Shown here: positions 1 to 13,339 of the stretch, one piece after another
Layout: each line of letters starts with the position of its first letter
Numbering within the stretch: position 1 is the stretch's first letter
Origin: Squalus acanthias
Taxonomy: Eukaryota
NCBI GenBank assembly: GCA_030390025.1
Contig: CM059439.1
Coordinates: 44,888,001-44,952,000 of the forward strand
Length of the DNA stretch: 64,000 nt
Reading direction: 5' to 3'
Made by a program: the position numbers and the translations under genes
Notes under the pieces: generated by a model
Seen by the model: the letters and a program-made list of their open reading frames with translations, nothing else
What the model was told of the DNA's origin: nothing
The model's database searches: none

Positions 1-320
1 AGGATGTTCCTGATGGCAGGGGAGTCCAGAACCAGGGGTCACAGTCTAAGGATAAAGGGTAAGCCATTTAGGACCGAGATGAGGAGGAATTTCTTCACCC
101 AGAGAGTGGTGAACCTGTGGAATTCTCTACCACAGAAGGCAGTTGAGGCCAATTCATTAGATATATTCAAGAAGGAGCTAGATATATTTCTTAAGGCTAA
201 AGGGATCAAGGGATATGGGGAGAAAGCAGGGACAGGGTACTGAATTTGGATGATCAGCCATGATCTCATTAAATGGCGGAACAGGCTTGAGGGGCCGAAT
301 GGCCTATCTTCTATGTTTCT
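1..320 (+). mobile_element. CR1-clade LINE 3' end (C-terminus of ORF2 plus 3' UTR and tail)
   Basis: ORF 4..243 (GESRTRGHSLRIKG...RNFFTQRVVNLWNSLP) is the typical CR1 ORF2 C-terminus. It is followed by a GATCAGCCATGATC...GGCCGAATGGCCT stem-loop and a tctatgtt tail. Confidence 0.9.
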
Positions 321-329
321 GGAGGCTCC

Positions 330-2140
330 TTTACTACAAGGTTATTCATTAACCCTGTCTCATTGCACAATACCAGATCTAAAATAGCCTGTTCCCTAGT
401 TGGTTCCTCCACATATTTTTCTAGAAAACTATCTTGAATGCATTCCATGAACTTGTCCTCTGCAGTATTACTGCAAATTTGGCTTGCCCAGTCTAAATCA
501 AATTAAAGTTACCCTTAAATCTGGCCTTAAATCTATTTGATTTCCGGCTCTTCACAGTTCTGACGAAAGGTCATCGACCTGAAACGTTAACTCTCTTTCT
601 CTCTCCACGGATGCTGCCTGGCCTGCTGAGTTTTTCCAGCGTTTTCTGTTGTTATTTTAAAGTTACCCTTGTTACATGCATCTCTAATTTCCCGATTTAT
701 ACAGTGCCCAACATTACAACTATTGTTAGAGGGCCTATAAACTACTCCCACTAGTTGTTTTTAACCCCACCCAAAGTGATTCTACATCTTGTTTTTCTGA
801 GCTAAGATCCTTTCTCTACTGTCTTCATCCCATCCTTTATTATCAGGGCTACCAACCCCCTCCTCTTCCATTCGGCCTAGAATATTTAGTTCCCTACCTT
901 GGTCACTCTGCAACCACGTCTCTGTAATGGCTATTAGATCAAACCCATTTATTTCTATCTGTGCTATTAATTCATCTATTTTATTATGAATGCTTCACAT
1001 GCCTGCAGCTTTAACTTTTTTCCATTTTCCCCTGATGCCCTATTACCTTCACGCTCTGTCCCTTCCTGATCCACACTGCTTATTTTTACTCAAACCACTA
1101 CTCTGCTCTACAGCATTGACATTACTCTTACTGCTTTTGAATTTACCCTTTCCTGAATCCTCCATACCCCCTTCATTAGTTTAAAGCCCTATCTACCGCC
1201 CTAGTTATTTGATTCACCAGCAGTGAACCCAGCCTGGTTTAAGTGGAGCACATCCCAACGGAACAGCTCCCTTTTTCCCCCCAGTACTGGTGCCAGTGCC
1301 CCATGAATTGAAAGCCCTGCCTCCCACATCACTCTTTCAGCCATGCATTTAACCTTCTAATCTGCTTGTCCCTATGCCAATTTGCACGTGGCTCAGGTAA
1401 CAATTCAGAGTTTTATTACCGGTGAGGTTCTGCGTTTTAATTTGGACCCTAGGTCCTCAAACTCTCTCAGCAGAACCTCATTCCTAGTTCTACCTACGTC
1501 GTTAGTTCCTACGTGGACCACAACTGAATCCTTCCCCTCCCACTCCAGGTTATTCTACAGCCACTAGGTGATATCCTTAAGCCTGCCACTGGGCAGGCAA
1601 CAGCCTTCAGAACTCCTGGTCACGGCTGCTGAGAACAGTATCTATTCCCCCTGACTGTACTGTCCCCTACCACTACAACATTCCTTTTCACTCCCCCCCA
1701 CTTGAATGGCCTCCTGTACCGTGGTGCTGTATCATCAGTTTGCTCATCCACCCTGCAGACATTGCCCTCATCCACACAGGCAGCAAGAACCTCATAACTG
1801 TTGGATAAGGGCAAAGGCCGAGGCTCCTCCAGCACTGCTCCTCACCTGCCCTTACCTGTCTGAGTCGCAGTCACACCCTCCTGTCCCTGACGACTAACCA
1901 GACCTGTACCACTACCTAACCTAAGGAGTGTGACTGCCTCCAGGATCCAAGTGTCCAGGTAACTCTCCCCCTTCCCGATGCCCCGCAATGTCTGCACCTC
2001 GGACTCCAGCTCAACAACTCTGAGCTAATGTTCCGAGTTGCAGTCACTTACTGCAGACGTGGTCGTCCGGGATCACAACGCTCTCCACAAACTCCCACAT
2101 GCTGCAGTTGCGGCACACCACCTGCACTGCCATCCCTAAA
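330..2140 (-). mobile_element. Decayed CR1 LINE 5' portion (ORF1 with SGNH-esterase motif, and start of ORF2 endonuclease)
   Basis: Minus-strand ORF 1620..1835 carries PLPLSNSYEVL...VVVVGDSTVRG, the GDS esterase motif of CR1 ORF1. Endonuclease-like remnants lie at ~700-1000. Boundaries are approximate. Confidence 0.7.
556..592 (+). ncRNA. Minimal type I hammerhead ribozyme motif in a 140-bp Penelope-type insertion (517-656)
   Basis: AGTT-CTGACGA-A-AGGTC(ATC)GACCT-GAAA-CGT-T-AACT gives helix I, the conserved core, helix II and a palindromic ACGT helix III. The insertion is flanked by a direct repeat ttaaagttaccctt at 503-516 and 657-670. Confidence 0.7.
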
Positions 2141-2829
2141 AATCTGTTTTTATTTATTAACGTTCATGTATTTAAATAACTTAGCTTCTGGTTTAGTTTT
2201 TTAACTAGTTACTTAATCTAGTTTAAGTTATAGGCAGATTAAATTATTTACCTGTAACACAAACCACTACAAGTACTGGAGGCAAAAAGCATCGCCTCCT
2301 TCCCCCTCTTGCCAAATTTCCAACTTTTACACTCTGTTTAGATGCAGAGAGGACTGAGAGCAGAACCAACACAAACTACTATGAAGTCCTATTTGTGGCA
2401 TTTCAGAAATTCAAAAGAGGACTTCATAGCCACGTTTAGAAACCTGCAAACAAAGTCCATGAACTCAGTGATGCAAACACCTGGGTGAAACACCATACAA
2501 ATAAACTTGAGACCCACATCCACCAAAACAAAATCTGACTACCCAGATAACCTATCTATGTGAGCAGGATTAATTAAACGTCAGAGAAAAGGGAAACATG
2601 CAACAACAAAGTCTTCAGTATCCCCCAAGCACTCAAAGATCCTACCAGGACTCCTCAATCTGACAAAATAAGGAACTCCCAGGGTCACTTGTTCGAAGTG
2701 GATTCCAAGTCTCGCATAAAAACAGCTAGCTGAGTTGAGTCAGCTTCTCCACAATGGGAGACACTTCCTCTTGAAGCTAGTGACACTCATACCCTCAACC
2801 CAAAGGACATATCTCTGCCTTGTACATGC

Positions 2830-2950
2830 TTTCATTTCCTACATTACAACAGTGACTCTACTTCAAAAGTACTTCATTGACTGTAAAGCGCTTGGAGACG
2901 TCCGGTGGTTGTGAAAGGCACTATATAAATGCAAGTCTTTCTTTCTTTTC
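2830..2950 (+). mobile_element. DeuSINE/L2-type 3' tail fragment
   Basis: tttcctacattacaacagtgact...ggcactatataaatgcaagtctttcttt matches the 3' end of the SINE at 53672-54108. Confidence 0.75.
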
Positions 2951-4159
2951 CATAGCAACAGACTTCACTGATCATCTAACAGGAGCCTGGGAATCCAAGG
3001 TTACCAAATAAATAAGAGAATGGAGAAGAGTTTGTGAACAAAACCTCACAACCACAACTTGCAGTAACGGTGTGAGGCCAACTCAAATTCTTACACTGAA
3101 CATTCTATTCCCCTTTGTACCTGTTCCAAGTCCTTCATCAAGGCAACCTAAACCCAGAAGCAGGTTAAATAACTGCAACAATGCACAACTATGCCATTGA
3201 TGCAGCCCTCTTTAAACAATGTTAAGAAAAGGTGTTGCACTACACCAATATGTAAACCACTGTACTATTTTAGGTCGCCTAGTCATAAAAGATTCACTTG
3301 AACAGCTTACCCATGGGTTGCCATTACACTAAACAGGAATACACATCCTTCCCAGTCAATGCCAGAGCAACAAGTTGAACCAAAGCTCAATCATAGCCAG
3401 TACTAAACTTTTAACCATTCACTACTTGAAGACATATCCACTGGATAAGTACATCAAGGGGTCTGTTCTGGCCAGGAAATTCAAAATGGCTGGCCTTCAG
3501 CCAGCAGCTATCCAACAAGTATAATTGGAATTATCACTTCTCAAGGAGAACATTTGTTTTAAAATACAGAAAAATATTCTTTTGGGGGAAGAGAAGGGGA
3601 TAAGGGAGCACGTTGCAGTGATATCACTTTGCTCTTCCCCAAGAATGGCATTCATTCACACTATTCAAGAAAAAATATCTACGCAGAATTATAATTAACT
3701 AACATCTATTTACTTTGTTTCTTGGAAAGTGTTGTTTTAACAGTATTAATATAATACTAGGAGAAATTAGCTTTGAGTATTTACTGAACCTAACGGTACA
3801 AGGAAGCTGAATTAACATGTACTGCAGACTGATGATTGTAAATGGGATGTTAATTGAGCTCCCTGAACTTCTTCAGGCCAGTTCTCCAATAACATTTCTT
3901 TCAATAAAAATCTAAATTTTGAATTATCAATCAAAATAGATTGAAATAAAAATTCACATCCCAATTCAGTGTTACTTTTGTTTCACTGGAGGTCTTGATG
4001 GAAAGACTTCCCCTCCTCTTGAATGTACTAGCAAAGAGGAAAATGTCCCAATTTTTAGCAGGATCAATCCTTACTTTGGTGGAAATAAAATTCACAAATA
4101 AAAGTAGAAATGTAAACAAACAGACAGTAATTTCACTATTGTAGTTCAATGGTACTTAC

Positions 4160-4366
4160 AGCATTGGAATGATCCTGAGGAGGCATCATAGCAGGAATAA
4201 CTGTTGGAGATTTGAAGGAAAAGTCTTCACAGGGATCTCTGGCCACTACCATTCGGACTCGATTACCACAGTTTCTCAACACCTGGGCAATCTGTTCACT
4301 TCCCATTCCCTGGACATCAGTGCCTCCAATCTGGAGTATATGATCACCTGTCCTAAGCCTTCCATC
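4160..4366 (-). CDS. PATJ: PATJ coding exon 7 in window (PDZ2 C-terminal half: [45 protein letters not shown]...HSNA)
   Basis: 207 nt, tag acceptor and gtaagt donor, phase 0/0. Manual translation closely resembles PATJ PDZ2. The gene continues beyond the window's left edge. Confidence 0.93.
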
Positions 4367-4674
4367 CTACAAACATGCAATAAAATCTTCAAATTTCAAA
4401 TACAGACAATTTGAAAGTACCATGAATTGAAATTTAAAATTAATGGAGAATAATTTGATGTAGGGAAAAGATTTTTTTTAAATACAAAATTGGGTTCTGA
4501 AACAAGACCGTGATAATGAATGTCTAATGTCTTGACGTCTAATTTAGCACTGAACAGAAGTAATTTAGAAATTTAATTATTTAAAAAACTCTCATTTTCA
4601 ATTTTTGTTCTCAAGAGGCTCCTCAAAGAGATAAACAAAATGCTTCTGAGAATTTACCAATCCAATTATTAATT

Positions 4675-6110
4675 CATAAGAACATAAGAATTAGGAGCAG
4701 GAGTAGGCCATATGGCCCCTCGAGCCTGCTCCACCATTCAATAAGATCATGGCTGATCTTTGACCTTAACGCCACTTTCCCGCCCGATCTCCATATCCCT
4801 GGATTCCCCTAGACTCCAAAAATCTATCTCAGCCTTGAATATATTCAACGATTCAGCATTCACAGCCCTTTTGGGTAGAGAATTCCAAAGAGTCACAACC
4901 CTCAGTGAAAAAATGCCTCCTCATCTCAGTCTTAAATGGCTGACCACTTATCCTGAGACTATGCCCCCTACTTCTAGACTCACCAGCCAGGTGAAACAAC
5001 CTCTCAGCATCTACCCTGTCAATCCTCCTCAGAATCTTGTGTTTCAATGAGATCACCTCTCATTCTTCTAAACTCGAGAGAGTATAGGCCCATTCTACAC
5101 AATCTCTCATCATAGGACAGCCCCCTCATCCCAGGAATCAATCTAGTGAACCTTCATTGCACCGCCTCCAAGACAAGTATATTCTAACTCAGATAAGGAG
5201 ACCAAAACTGTGCACAGTACTCAAGGTGTGATCTCACCAAAGACCTGTACAACTGTAGCAAGACTTCCTTACTCTTGTACTCCAACCAGCTTACAATAAA
5301 GGCCAACATGCCATTTGCCTTCCTAATTGCTTGCTGTACCTGCATGCCAACTTTCTATGTTTACTGTACGAGTCTCTGAACACCAACATTTAATGATTTC
5401 TCACCATTTAAAAAATATTCTGTTTTTCTATTCTTCCTACCAAAGTGAATAACCTCACATTTCCCCACATTATACTTCATCTGCCACCTTATTGCCCACT
5501 CCCTTAATCTGTCTGTATCCCTTTGCAGGCTCTTTGTCTTCCTCACAGCTTACTTTCCCACCTAGCTTTGTATAGTCAGCAAACTTGAATAAATTGCACT
5601 CGGTCCCTTCATCCAAGTCATTAATATAGATTGTAAATAGCTTTGGCCCAAGCACCGATCCTTGCAGCACCCCACTAGTTACAGCCTGCCAACCAGAAAA
5701 TGACCTGTTTATCCCTACTGTGTTTTCTGTCCGTTAACCAATCCTCTATTCATGCTAATATATTACCACCAACCCCTTATCTTGCATAACAACCTTGTGG
5801 CACCTTATCAAATGCCTTTTGGAAATTCAAATATACTACATTCACTGGTTCTCCTTTATCTACCCTGCTAGTTACATCCTCAAAAAACTAAAATTTGTTA
5901 AACACAATTTCCCTTTCATAAAACTATGTTGACTCTGCCTAATCATATGATGATTTTCTAAGTGCCCTGTTACAACTTCCTTAATAATGGATTCTAGCAT
6001 TTTCCCCGACGACTGATGTCAGGCTAACTGGCCTGTAGTACCCTGTTTACCCTCTCTCTCCTTTCTTGAATAGCGAGGTTACATTTGCTACCTGGGACCG
6101 TTCTAGAATC
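4675..6110 (-). mobile_element. CR1 LINE, 5'-truncated (RT region plus 3' tail)
   Basis: Minus ORFs contain [18 protein letters not shown]...FADYTK and GESRSRGHSLRI. The tail reads cataagaacataagaa on the plus strand. Confidence 0.9.
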
Positions 6111-6417
6111 TAGGGAATTCCTAGCTAGTTATTTGCCCGCTTCTCTTGATGGCAGCGATTTATGCTGGAATTCAGTTCAACAGGTGGCAGATGACCTCTG
6201 CTACTTCACTCAACTGAGTGTTCTTAATGCATGAGCTTGAGCAGTGAATGTCAAGGTACTATTCAACTATGGGAGTCAGTACTGCCAAACTCAATGCTGC
6301 CCTTACCCTACATCCTCAGAATGACACCTCCAGAAGTAGCAGCTTCCAATTACAGAACAATCAGGACTGAGAATCCGAGCTAACTTTTCTCTTCCCTAAC
6401 CCAAAGCTCAAGACAAT

Positions 6418-7143
6418 GGTCTGGAATTTGCTCTCAGCGGAAAACGTTGCAGTTGCCCACAGACCTTCAATGGGGTTTTGCACTGAACGTACTGTAAATT
6501 AGACAGCCAAAAAGTGCAGTGCCCTCTAAAGAGCATCTGGGACCTGTGTGAACAGGGCAAGCAACTGTGTATCAGATTGAAGAATCATTAATGAGCAGCA
6601 CAGAGTCTGAACCAGGAAGTGTCAGTTAGAATATTGAATTAAATCTCAAATAAGGTACAGAAAGCAAAATAAAGAGGGAAAGAAAGATTGGATTCATTGA
6701 GATAAAAGCAACAGAAAAAAAAAAAGAAGTTTTTAAAATGTATTTTAAATCTTCAACAACAATTACAATCTGAAGGAATGAGACTCCACACTTGTAAGAG
6801 TTAATTTTTAGTCCCAGATCGGCTGTTTGGCAGCAATTTGGACTTATCACACCGTTAAAAGGGTATTTACACCGGAATGGATAAGATCTAACTTTTTCTG
6901 GCAAGTTTAGTTCGTATCTATGCGGTAAGTACAGCAATTTCACGCTGTTCAAATGTAACTAAATGGGAAGTTAGACAACGAGATGCCGTTTTCGGGAAGT
7001 TTTGAAGGAACATCGCATCTCAGCAACTTCCGGATTTCCACATTTAAATGCATGTGTGGTTGCCAGAAGTTGCTGTCCGATTTCCACGATAGAACAGTGA
7101 GCGCTGTTAGCCTCACCGTCATTTCTACAGCAAAATCCGGCCC
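6418..7143. mobile_element. Non-autonomous TIR element (Harbinger-like MITE)
   Basis: Imperfect 15-bp TIRs GGTCTGGAATTTGCT / AGCAAAATCCGGCCC, with AAT on both flanks. Internal similarity to 16658-17269 in inverse orientation. Confidence 0.7.
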
Positions 7144-7846
7144 AATGATATGGCCCTCCTGCTGACTCCGGCTAATTCAGTATAGGCCACAGATGAACTT
7201 GGGACTCTTGTGGCTATTATCATATTGCAATATGCAACAGGTTTCCTGAATTGCTAGTCTAATTTAGCCAACAGGGCAAAAAAAAGTTATTTAGCTGTGA
7301 CATCTAATCACAGTCAAGTTATTTGAATGGTCTTCCTGGTACCCAATTTCCACAAGACTGCCAGTACAATGAAATGTGCTGTTTGTTGTCCTTATTCAAA
7401 AATGAAAATGCCATCCCAGTAGAAATTGGGAAATTACATTCACAAAAGGGATCCATTCCATGTCTTTATAATATGAGAAAAGACAAAATGAAAAGGAACA
7501 AAATAATTGGTAATAAATAGAACTCAAAAATCCAGATGGAAAGAATACACATGCCATGGAGTGGTAGAGTCCATGTTTTCCCATATGCCAATTTAATGTC
7601 CATATCTTGCAGAAACACTCAGGAGAGGCTAAGCACTTCCCCATAGGAAAGGAGGGCAAGAAAAAAAAAGTCAGTCCCAGACTGACGACCTGAAAACCAA
7701 GTACAAAGCAGTATTGGCAACAGCACGCAAAACCTGCACAACACAAGTCGACTCAAGGAGAAGAATGGGGAAATAAAAGTAATTTATTAATAAAAATTAC
7801 ATTTCCAAATGACTTCTGTTTAGTTATTTCAATATAGAAACAACAG

Positions 7847-7914
7847 GGGCCAGAAGTTGCGGTGGGCAACAACAGCGAACTAACAGCTTCGCCGCTGACC
7901 GCAAATTCCGGGCC
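7847..7914. mobile_element. 68-bp mini-MITE (Harbinger-like TIRs)
   Basis: GGGCCAGAAGTTGCGGT ... ACCGCAAATTCCGGGCC, flanked by CAG on both sides. Confidence 0.55.
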
Positions 7915-8403
7915 CAGATTTATCATAACTGGAAACAGTTCCAGTCACCTACCATTCATCAATTTATGTTCGACTTGCAATCTATACTGGGCAATTAACA
8001 TTCTCAAACTGGAAAAAAATCCTACGTCTCTCACCAGTTCTTCTGATTACAAGTACTATTCGACTGTAACTGGTTACATAGGCATCCAAACACTGGTAAC
8101 AGGAAATCGTTTATGGTCTTTCATTTGGTAAAATCTAAGAAATTGGCTTAAAAATTTTTGAATCTTAATGCAACAGCAATATTAAAGTTGATGAGGAAAT
8201 TCTACCAACTACAGGGTATTAAACAGAATGACGATTAAAGCATTACAATTCTACTTTAAGGAGTTAATCCACATGCCTCTACAATACAATTCAGGGCCTA
8301 TTCAGTGAAGGGCATCGACTATACATAATCATTTTTGAGCACAACCTAAAGTTCGAAGAAGTAGGCACTCAAACTTCCGCGATAATGCGAAGGAAAAGGT
8401 TAC

Positions 8404-8532
8404 CCGATCAGCCAATCCTCCTGGTACGACGGTTTTCACAATTACTCCAGTTGGCTTTCCTCCTACAATTCCAAATCCCAAGCCTGATCCATCACTGACC
8501 AACTCAATTTCTTCTACGTGCCCCCACTGAAT
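8404..8532 (-). CDS. PATJ: PATJ coding exon 6 in window (PDZ2 N-terminal half: [43 protein letters not shown])
   Basis: 129 nt, cag acceptor and gtaacc donor. Contains the GLGF PDZ carboxylate-binding loop and is in phase with its neighbours. Confidence 0.95.
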
Positions 8533-9629
8533 CTGGGATGGATGGAAAACAGAAATATTTATTTTTCTAGCGAAATAGGAGAGACTTTTATTGGTCAAAA
8601 TGAATAGTTTCCACAGGTGACTAAAATAATGCAAGAGCTTTCAAGAGCATATTGTTTCCAGATAGATTTTTTTTGGAGACAGTTGCTTTTACTGCTGAAA
8701 ACATTGAGGGTATATAAACACCTTAATTACAGTTTCTATTTATGCTAAAAGCAATGCCTGTGTCATCCAAAGGCTCAACAATAAACAGTAATGGAACTGA
8801 AATATTCCTACAATACTATACAAGGCTGTGTCCAAGGATCTGCCTGTCATTTATTTGAATAATATAGCTTTGATAGTTTACTGTATCATTTAGGGAAAGA
8901 AATCCTGGTCTCACTGCTGGTTAATCAGGTGATTTAGTTAAAAGGAGGCTGCCATTCATTACTGTCTGCCACAGCACACTGACCAACAATCAGCTGTTTA
9001 TGGTAGGAATTACATAATTTAAATAAATCAAAGAATAACAGTCTGAAGCATGTTCCAAGGCAGTAATGCATCGCAGACTAGGTCTCCCCTGATGTCTCAA
9101 AGAATAAACGCACCACCCGATGCAGAACTGAGCCATACAAATGAAGAATGTCCCAGCTGAAAGTCTTAAGTCATGTACAAACAAAAATCCTGCCTTGAGC
9201 GAGTCAGATACAAATTTTACTATCATTTCTAGTCTGGCACCCCACCAGCAGATACAAAGGATCATCCTTCAAGAGCACCGAAACTGTAAAGACTAAAATG
9301 CTTTTAAAAAAAAAAGTTGTTGGCATAACATTCCTTGTTTAACTATTAACTGCTGTCATTCTGATGAATTGAATGAGTGCCTTGTTTATTAACGTAGACA
9401 AAGGAAGGTATATAACCCAAAACCTGGAGAGAATCAGACAATTTGATTAGCTTCTGGCTTATTATATTTATAAGTTCCATTCAAGAAATAACTTCTTGTA
9501 CCTAGTTATCAACTTGCGCAACACAGCATAAACTCATATGATGCATTTTGACTCGGTTCACACTCAAAAGGGAATTAGATTGATTCTTGACTCAACAGGG
9601 TGTGAAGGAATGCAATCTGGTGTCGGAAA

Positions 9630-10480
9630 ATAACTTGCATTTATATAGCGCCTTTAACGTAGTAAATCATCCCAAGGCTCTTCACAGGTGCAATTATCAG
9701 ATAGAAATTTGACACCAAGCCACATAAGGAGATATTAAGGCAGATGACCAAAAGCTTGGACAAAGAGGTAGGTTTTAAGGAGCATCTTAAAGGAGGAGAG
9801 TGTGGAAGAGAGGCGGAGAGGTTTAGGGAGGGAATTAGAGAGCTTAGGGCGTAGGCAACAGAAGGCATGACCGCCAATGGTGGAGGGATTAAAATTGGGG
9901 ATGGACAAGAGGCCAGAATTGGAAGAGCAGAGAGATCTCAAAAGCTTGTTGAGCTGGAGGATGCTACAGGGATACAGAGGGGTGAGGCCATGGAGGGATT
10001 TGAAAACAAGGATAAGAATTTTAAAACTGAGGCACTGCCGGACCAAGAGCCAATGTAGGTCAACGAGCACAGGGGTGACGGGACTTGGTGCAAGTTAGGA
10101 TACGGGCAGCAGAGCTTTGGAAATTAGCTTAAGTTTATGTAGGGTGGAAGATGGGAGGCCAGCCAGGGGAGCATTGGAACAGTCAAGCCTAGAAGAAAGA
10201 AAGGCATGGTTGAGGGTTTCAGCAGCAGATGAACTAGGCAGGGACTGAGACGAGCGATGTTACGGAGGTGGAAGGGTCTTGGTGATGGAGCGGATGTGTG
10301 GTCGGAAGTTCATCTCAATGTCAAATATGACACCAAGGTTGTGAACGGTCTGGTTCAGCCTCAGACAGTTGCCAGGGAGAGGGATGGAGTCATGACTAGG
10401 GAACGGAGTTTGCATCGGGGGCCGAAGACAATGGCTTTCATCTTCCCAATATTTAGCTGGAGGAAATTTCTGCTCATCCA
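9630..10480 (-). mobile_element. L2-clade LINE 3' fragment
   Basis: Minus ORFs read LVDLHWLLVRQ...FKILILVFKSLHGL and NQTVHNLGVIFD. The L2 tail reads gcatttatatagcgcc on the plus strand. Confidence 0.85.
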
Positions 10481-11033
10481 ACGAGCCACATAGAGAAGGC
10501 ACGTCCAGATTCAATTCAGGCTCTGCGCTAGGTTACATGATCTCAGTCTGGGCAAAAGGAACAGAGAAAACAATAACCAGCCAAGTTACTGCCCGATTGC
10601 TGTCCAGTGATACCTACTAAAGTAAATATGAACACCAAGTTAGGGCAGGGTGAGCTTTGCTGTGATGATCAAATAGTTTGCTGATACTAGGCTCATGCAT
10701 GAAGAATAAAGAAATGGAGGTACAGCCCTCTTGCACCTTCACTGTTCAGGAAATGTGGATGGGTCAGGTAACTCAGCAGTAAGAACAATGGATTTTGATT
10801 GAGTCAGCATGTAGTCCCAACGCAATGGCCCAATAAACTGTCGTAGAATGCTAGCCACTGAAGCAACTTTCCAAGCTTCAGTGTCAACACAATCTGCTGC
10901 AATCTCAGATCACACCAGGTTGCAGGTTCAAATGGCCCGAAAATTACCCTCTGCATACTTGCACTTACCGAGAGATCAACAGAAAATGCTGTAAATACTC
11001 AGCAGGTCAGGCAACATCTGTGGAGAGAGAAAC

Positions 11034-11075
11034 AGAGTTAACGTTTCAGGTCGATGACCTTTCGTCAGAAACTCT
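11034..11075 (-). ncRNA. Minimal type I hammerhead ribozyme motif in a palindromic Penelope-type insertion (10981-11162)
   Basis: The minus strand reads AGAGTTT-CTGACGA-A-AGGTC(ATC)GACCT-GAAA-CGT-T-AACTCT. Long inverted arms surround it. Flanking direct repeat taccgagagatcaac / taccaagagatcaac. Confidence 0.7.
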
Positions 11076-12827
11076 GCTCCTCTCTCCACAGATGCTGCCT
11101 GGCCTGCTGAGCATTTCCTGTTTTTATTTCAAATTTCCAGCATCCGCAGTATTCAGCTTTTGTACCAAGAGATCAACCCGGAAACAACCTCAGAAGCCCT
11201 CTGGCTGGCTGTCCATCTCTGTGCCCCTCTCCCCAGGATCAATTTCCAGGTCCTCACTTACTTGCTGAACTTTCCAGGCCCCTCCCAATTGTCTGAGCTT
11301 TGCAGGCAAAACACTCCCCCACCACCCTTTCAAGAGAATTTCCTAGGCAGAGATGCATTCCATTGAACATTTATTATGTTAAGGGCGTTATATAAATACA
11401 AGTTGTTGTTGTTGAACAGCACCCCGCTGTATTCAGCCCTCTCCTCCCATTGGCCGCTCCCCCCACTATTTTTCTCCCTTCACTCCACCTCCCTCCATCC
11501 CCCGCCACTTCTCTCCCACCTTGGCCCAATTATCCTGTCCGTCATGAATATTGCCCTTGGTCTTAACTTCTCATATGCAACACCACAGTGCGTCAACTAG
11601 TATTTGGAAAGGTTCTCACTGTTTGGTAACCTAAAATTAGTAGAGAGAATTGCAGAAACCAGAAATAGATTCCTAAATCCATCATCATATTTAGAAACTA
11701 GTAGCAGGTCAACTTTAAGATTTCCACTTTTATATAACTGTGACTTCTGTTTGAAATACCAGTCCTACTTCACCACCCACAAAAAAGTTACTTTTCTAAG
11801 TTTATATACCTACAGTGATTTCAATGCTATCATCTTATCTCATTGTCCTTATGACATTTATTAGTTTCTTGACATCTGTACATCTCCATCACTGCCTTGT
11901 AATTAGTCAAATCAATTAAACACTTTAAATAATAGTCGGCAAGAGCGGAGTATTCAATTTCTCATATCATACAACACAAATTTAAGTAGCCAGATTGAAT
12001 TCTATGTAACACAAGCTACAGTTATTTCAGTATAAGAATATCACCTGTTGAAAACATCAAATCAAACAATCGTGTCCGTAACATCACAAGCTGCAGGCTA
12101 CAATAAAAATTCAATACATTAAGCATAGTCGTCCAATAATTGCATAATGCTAGATTAATGCCCTAGAGATTGTGCTCCTGTATCTTTGGCGGTTAGAATT
12201 TTCTTAGTGATTTTTACAAGCGGTTATTGAACTCAGGCGATTAAGTAAATTGAAAAGATGCTGTGATATTAAATTTAAGTATTACACTTCAGAAGGATTG
12301 AAGTAGATTGGCCACAGAGCCAATTAGAAATTTTGCTTTGAGTACAATCTGGTTTCATAATCTCTCTTCTTGGAGTTACACTACAGTGAAGAAAGCATTA
12401 AAAAATTACAATGCTAATGAGAAAATATTTTCTTTGCATTTTAGAAATTCTAGAACTTTTTTGGTAAAATAAAATGATACAACCACCAATTTTTCACAAA
12501 TTTGGTAGAACTAGAAATAAAAGATTACTTGCATGTTCAAACATTTCTATGTTCATTGTATACCATTAATAAAAATCAAATACATTTGTGCAGCCAAATT
12601 TTACCACAGTCTGCAGAAGGAAGTTTAAAAGATATTTCACTAAAACTTACTTACATTTTGAAAATAACCAGCAGTAGGCAATGAATGAGATACAGAAGAT
12701 GTTTAACAGCACTAGCACATATAGAAAGATAGGCCTCAACGTCCCACAGAACTTACAAATCAAAACTCTTAGAACTCTAGATTTATTACATGATTTAATT
12801 CCGGATTTAAAAAAAACCACAACTTAC

Positions 12828-13026
12828 TGATTGTGAAGCAAAGGAGAAGTCTGACATTTCTGTTGGATTGGTAGAAGCTTCATGAAGAGATCCTCTGGCA
12901 ACCACCAAATGCACAGATCCTTTGGTCTGCTGAAGCAATGCAATGGCTTCTTGGTGGGAAATGTTCTCATCCAATGGTATATGATTCAAGGCCAATATCT
13001 GGTCTTGTTCTTGTAACCTGCCATCC
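12828..13026 (-). CDS. PATJ: PATJ coding exon 5 in window (PDZ1 C-terminal half: DGRLQEQDQILALNHIPLDENISHQEAIALLQQ...)
   Basis: 199 nt, tag acceptor and gtaagt donor. The phase-2 entry matches the preceding exon. Confidence 0.95.
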
Positions 13027-13339
13027 CTATGCACAAAACCCCCAAAAAGTTTCATTAGTATTCTGCGCAGAAAAGATGACCATTTTCGGCTATTTAATAT
13101 ACTGCACTTCAGCATTCTCTTTTCATTAAGAAACCTATTTAATAATGACTGTTCATAATTTGGAGGATTTCAAATTTCAATAAGGCTGCCTGGTAGCTCA
13201 AACAGGGTAGTGTTGAACCAAAAGGTTGCAAATGTGAATCCCAGCCTCAACTGACATTTAAAGTCACTTGTATTTGAGTAAATTTAGTAATTTTAAAAGT
13301 AATTCATAAGATACAAATAGTGCCTGGCAGTAAAACACT

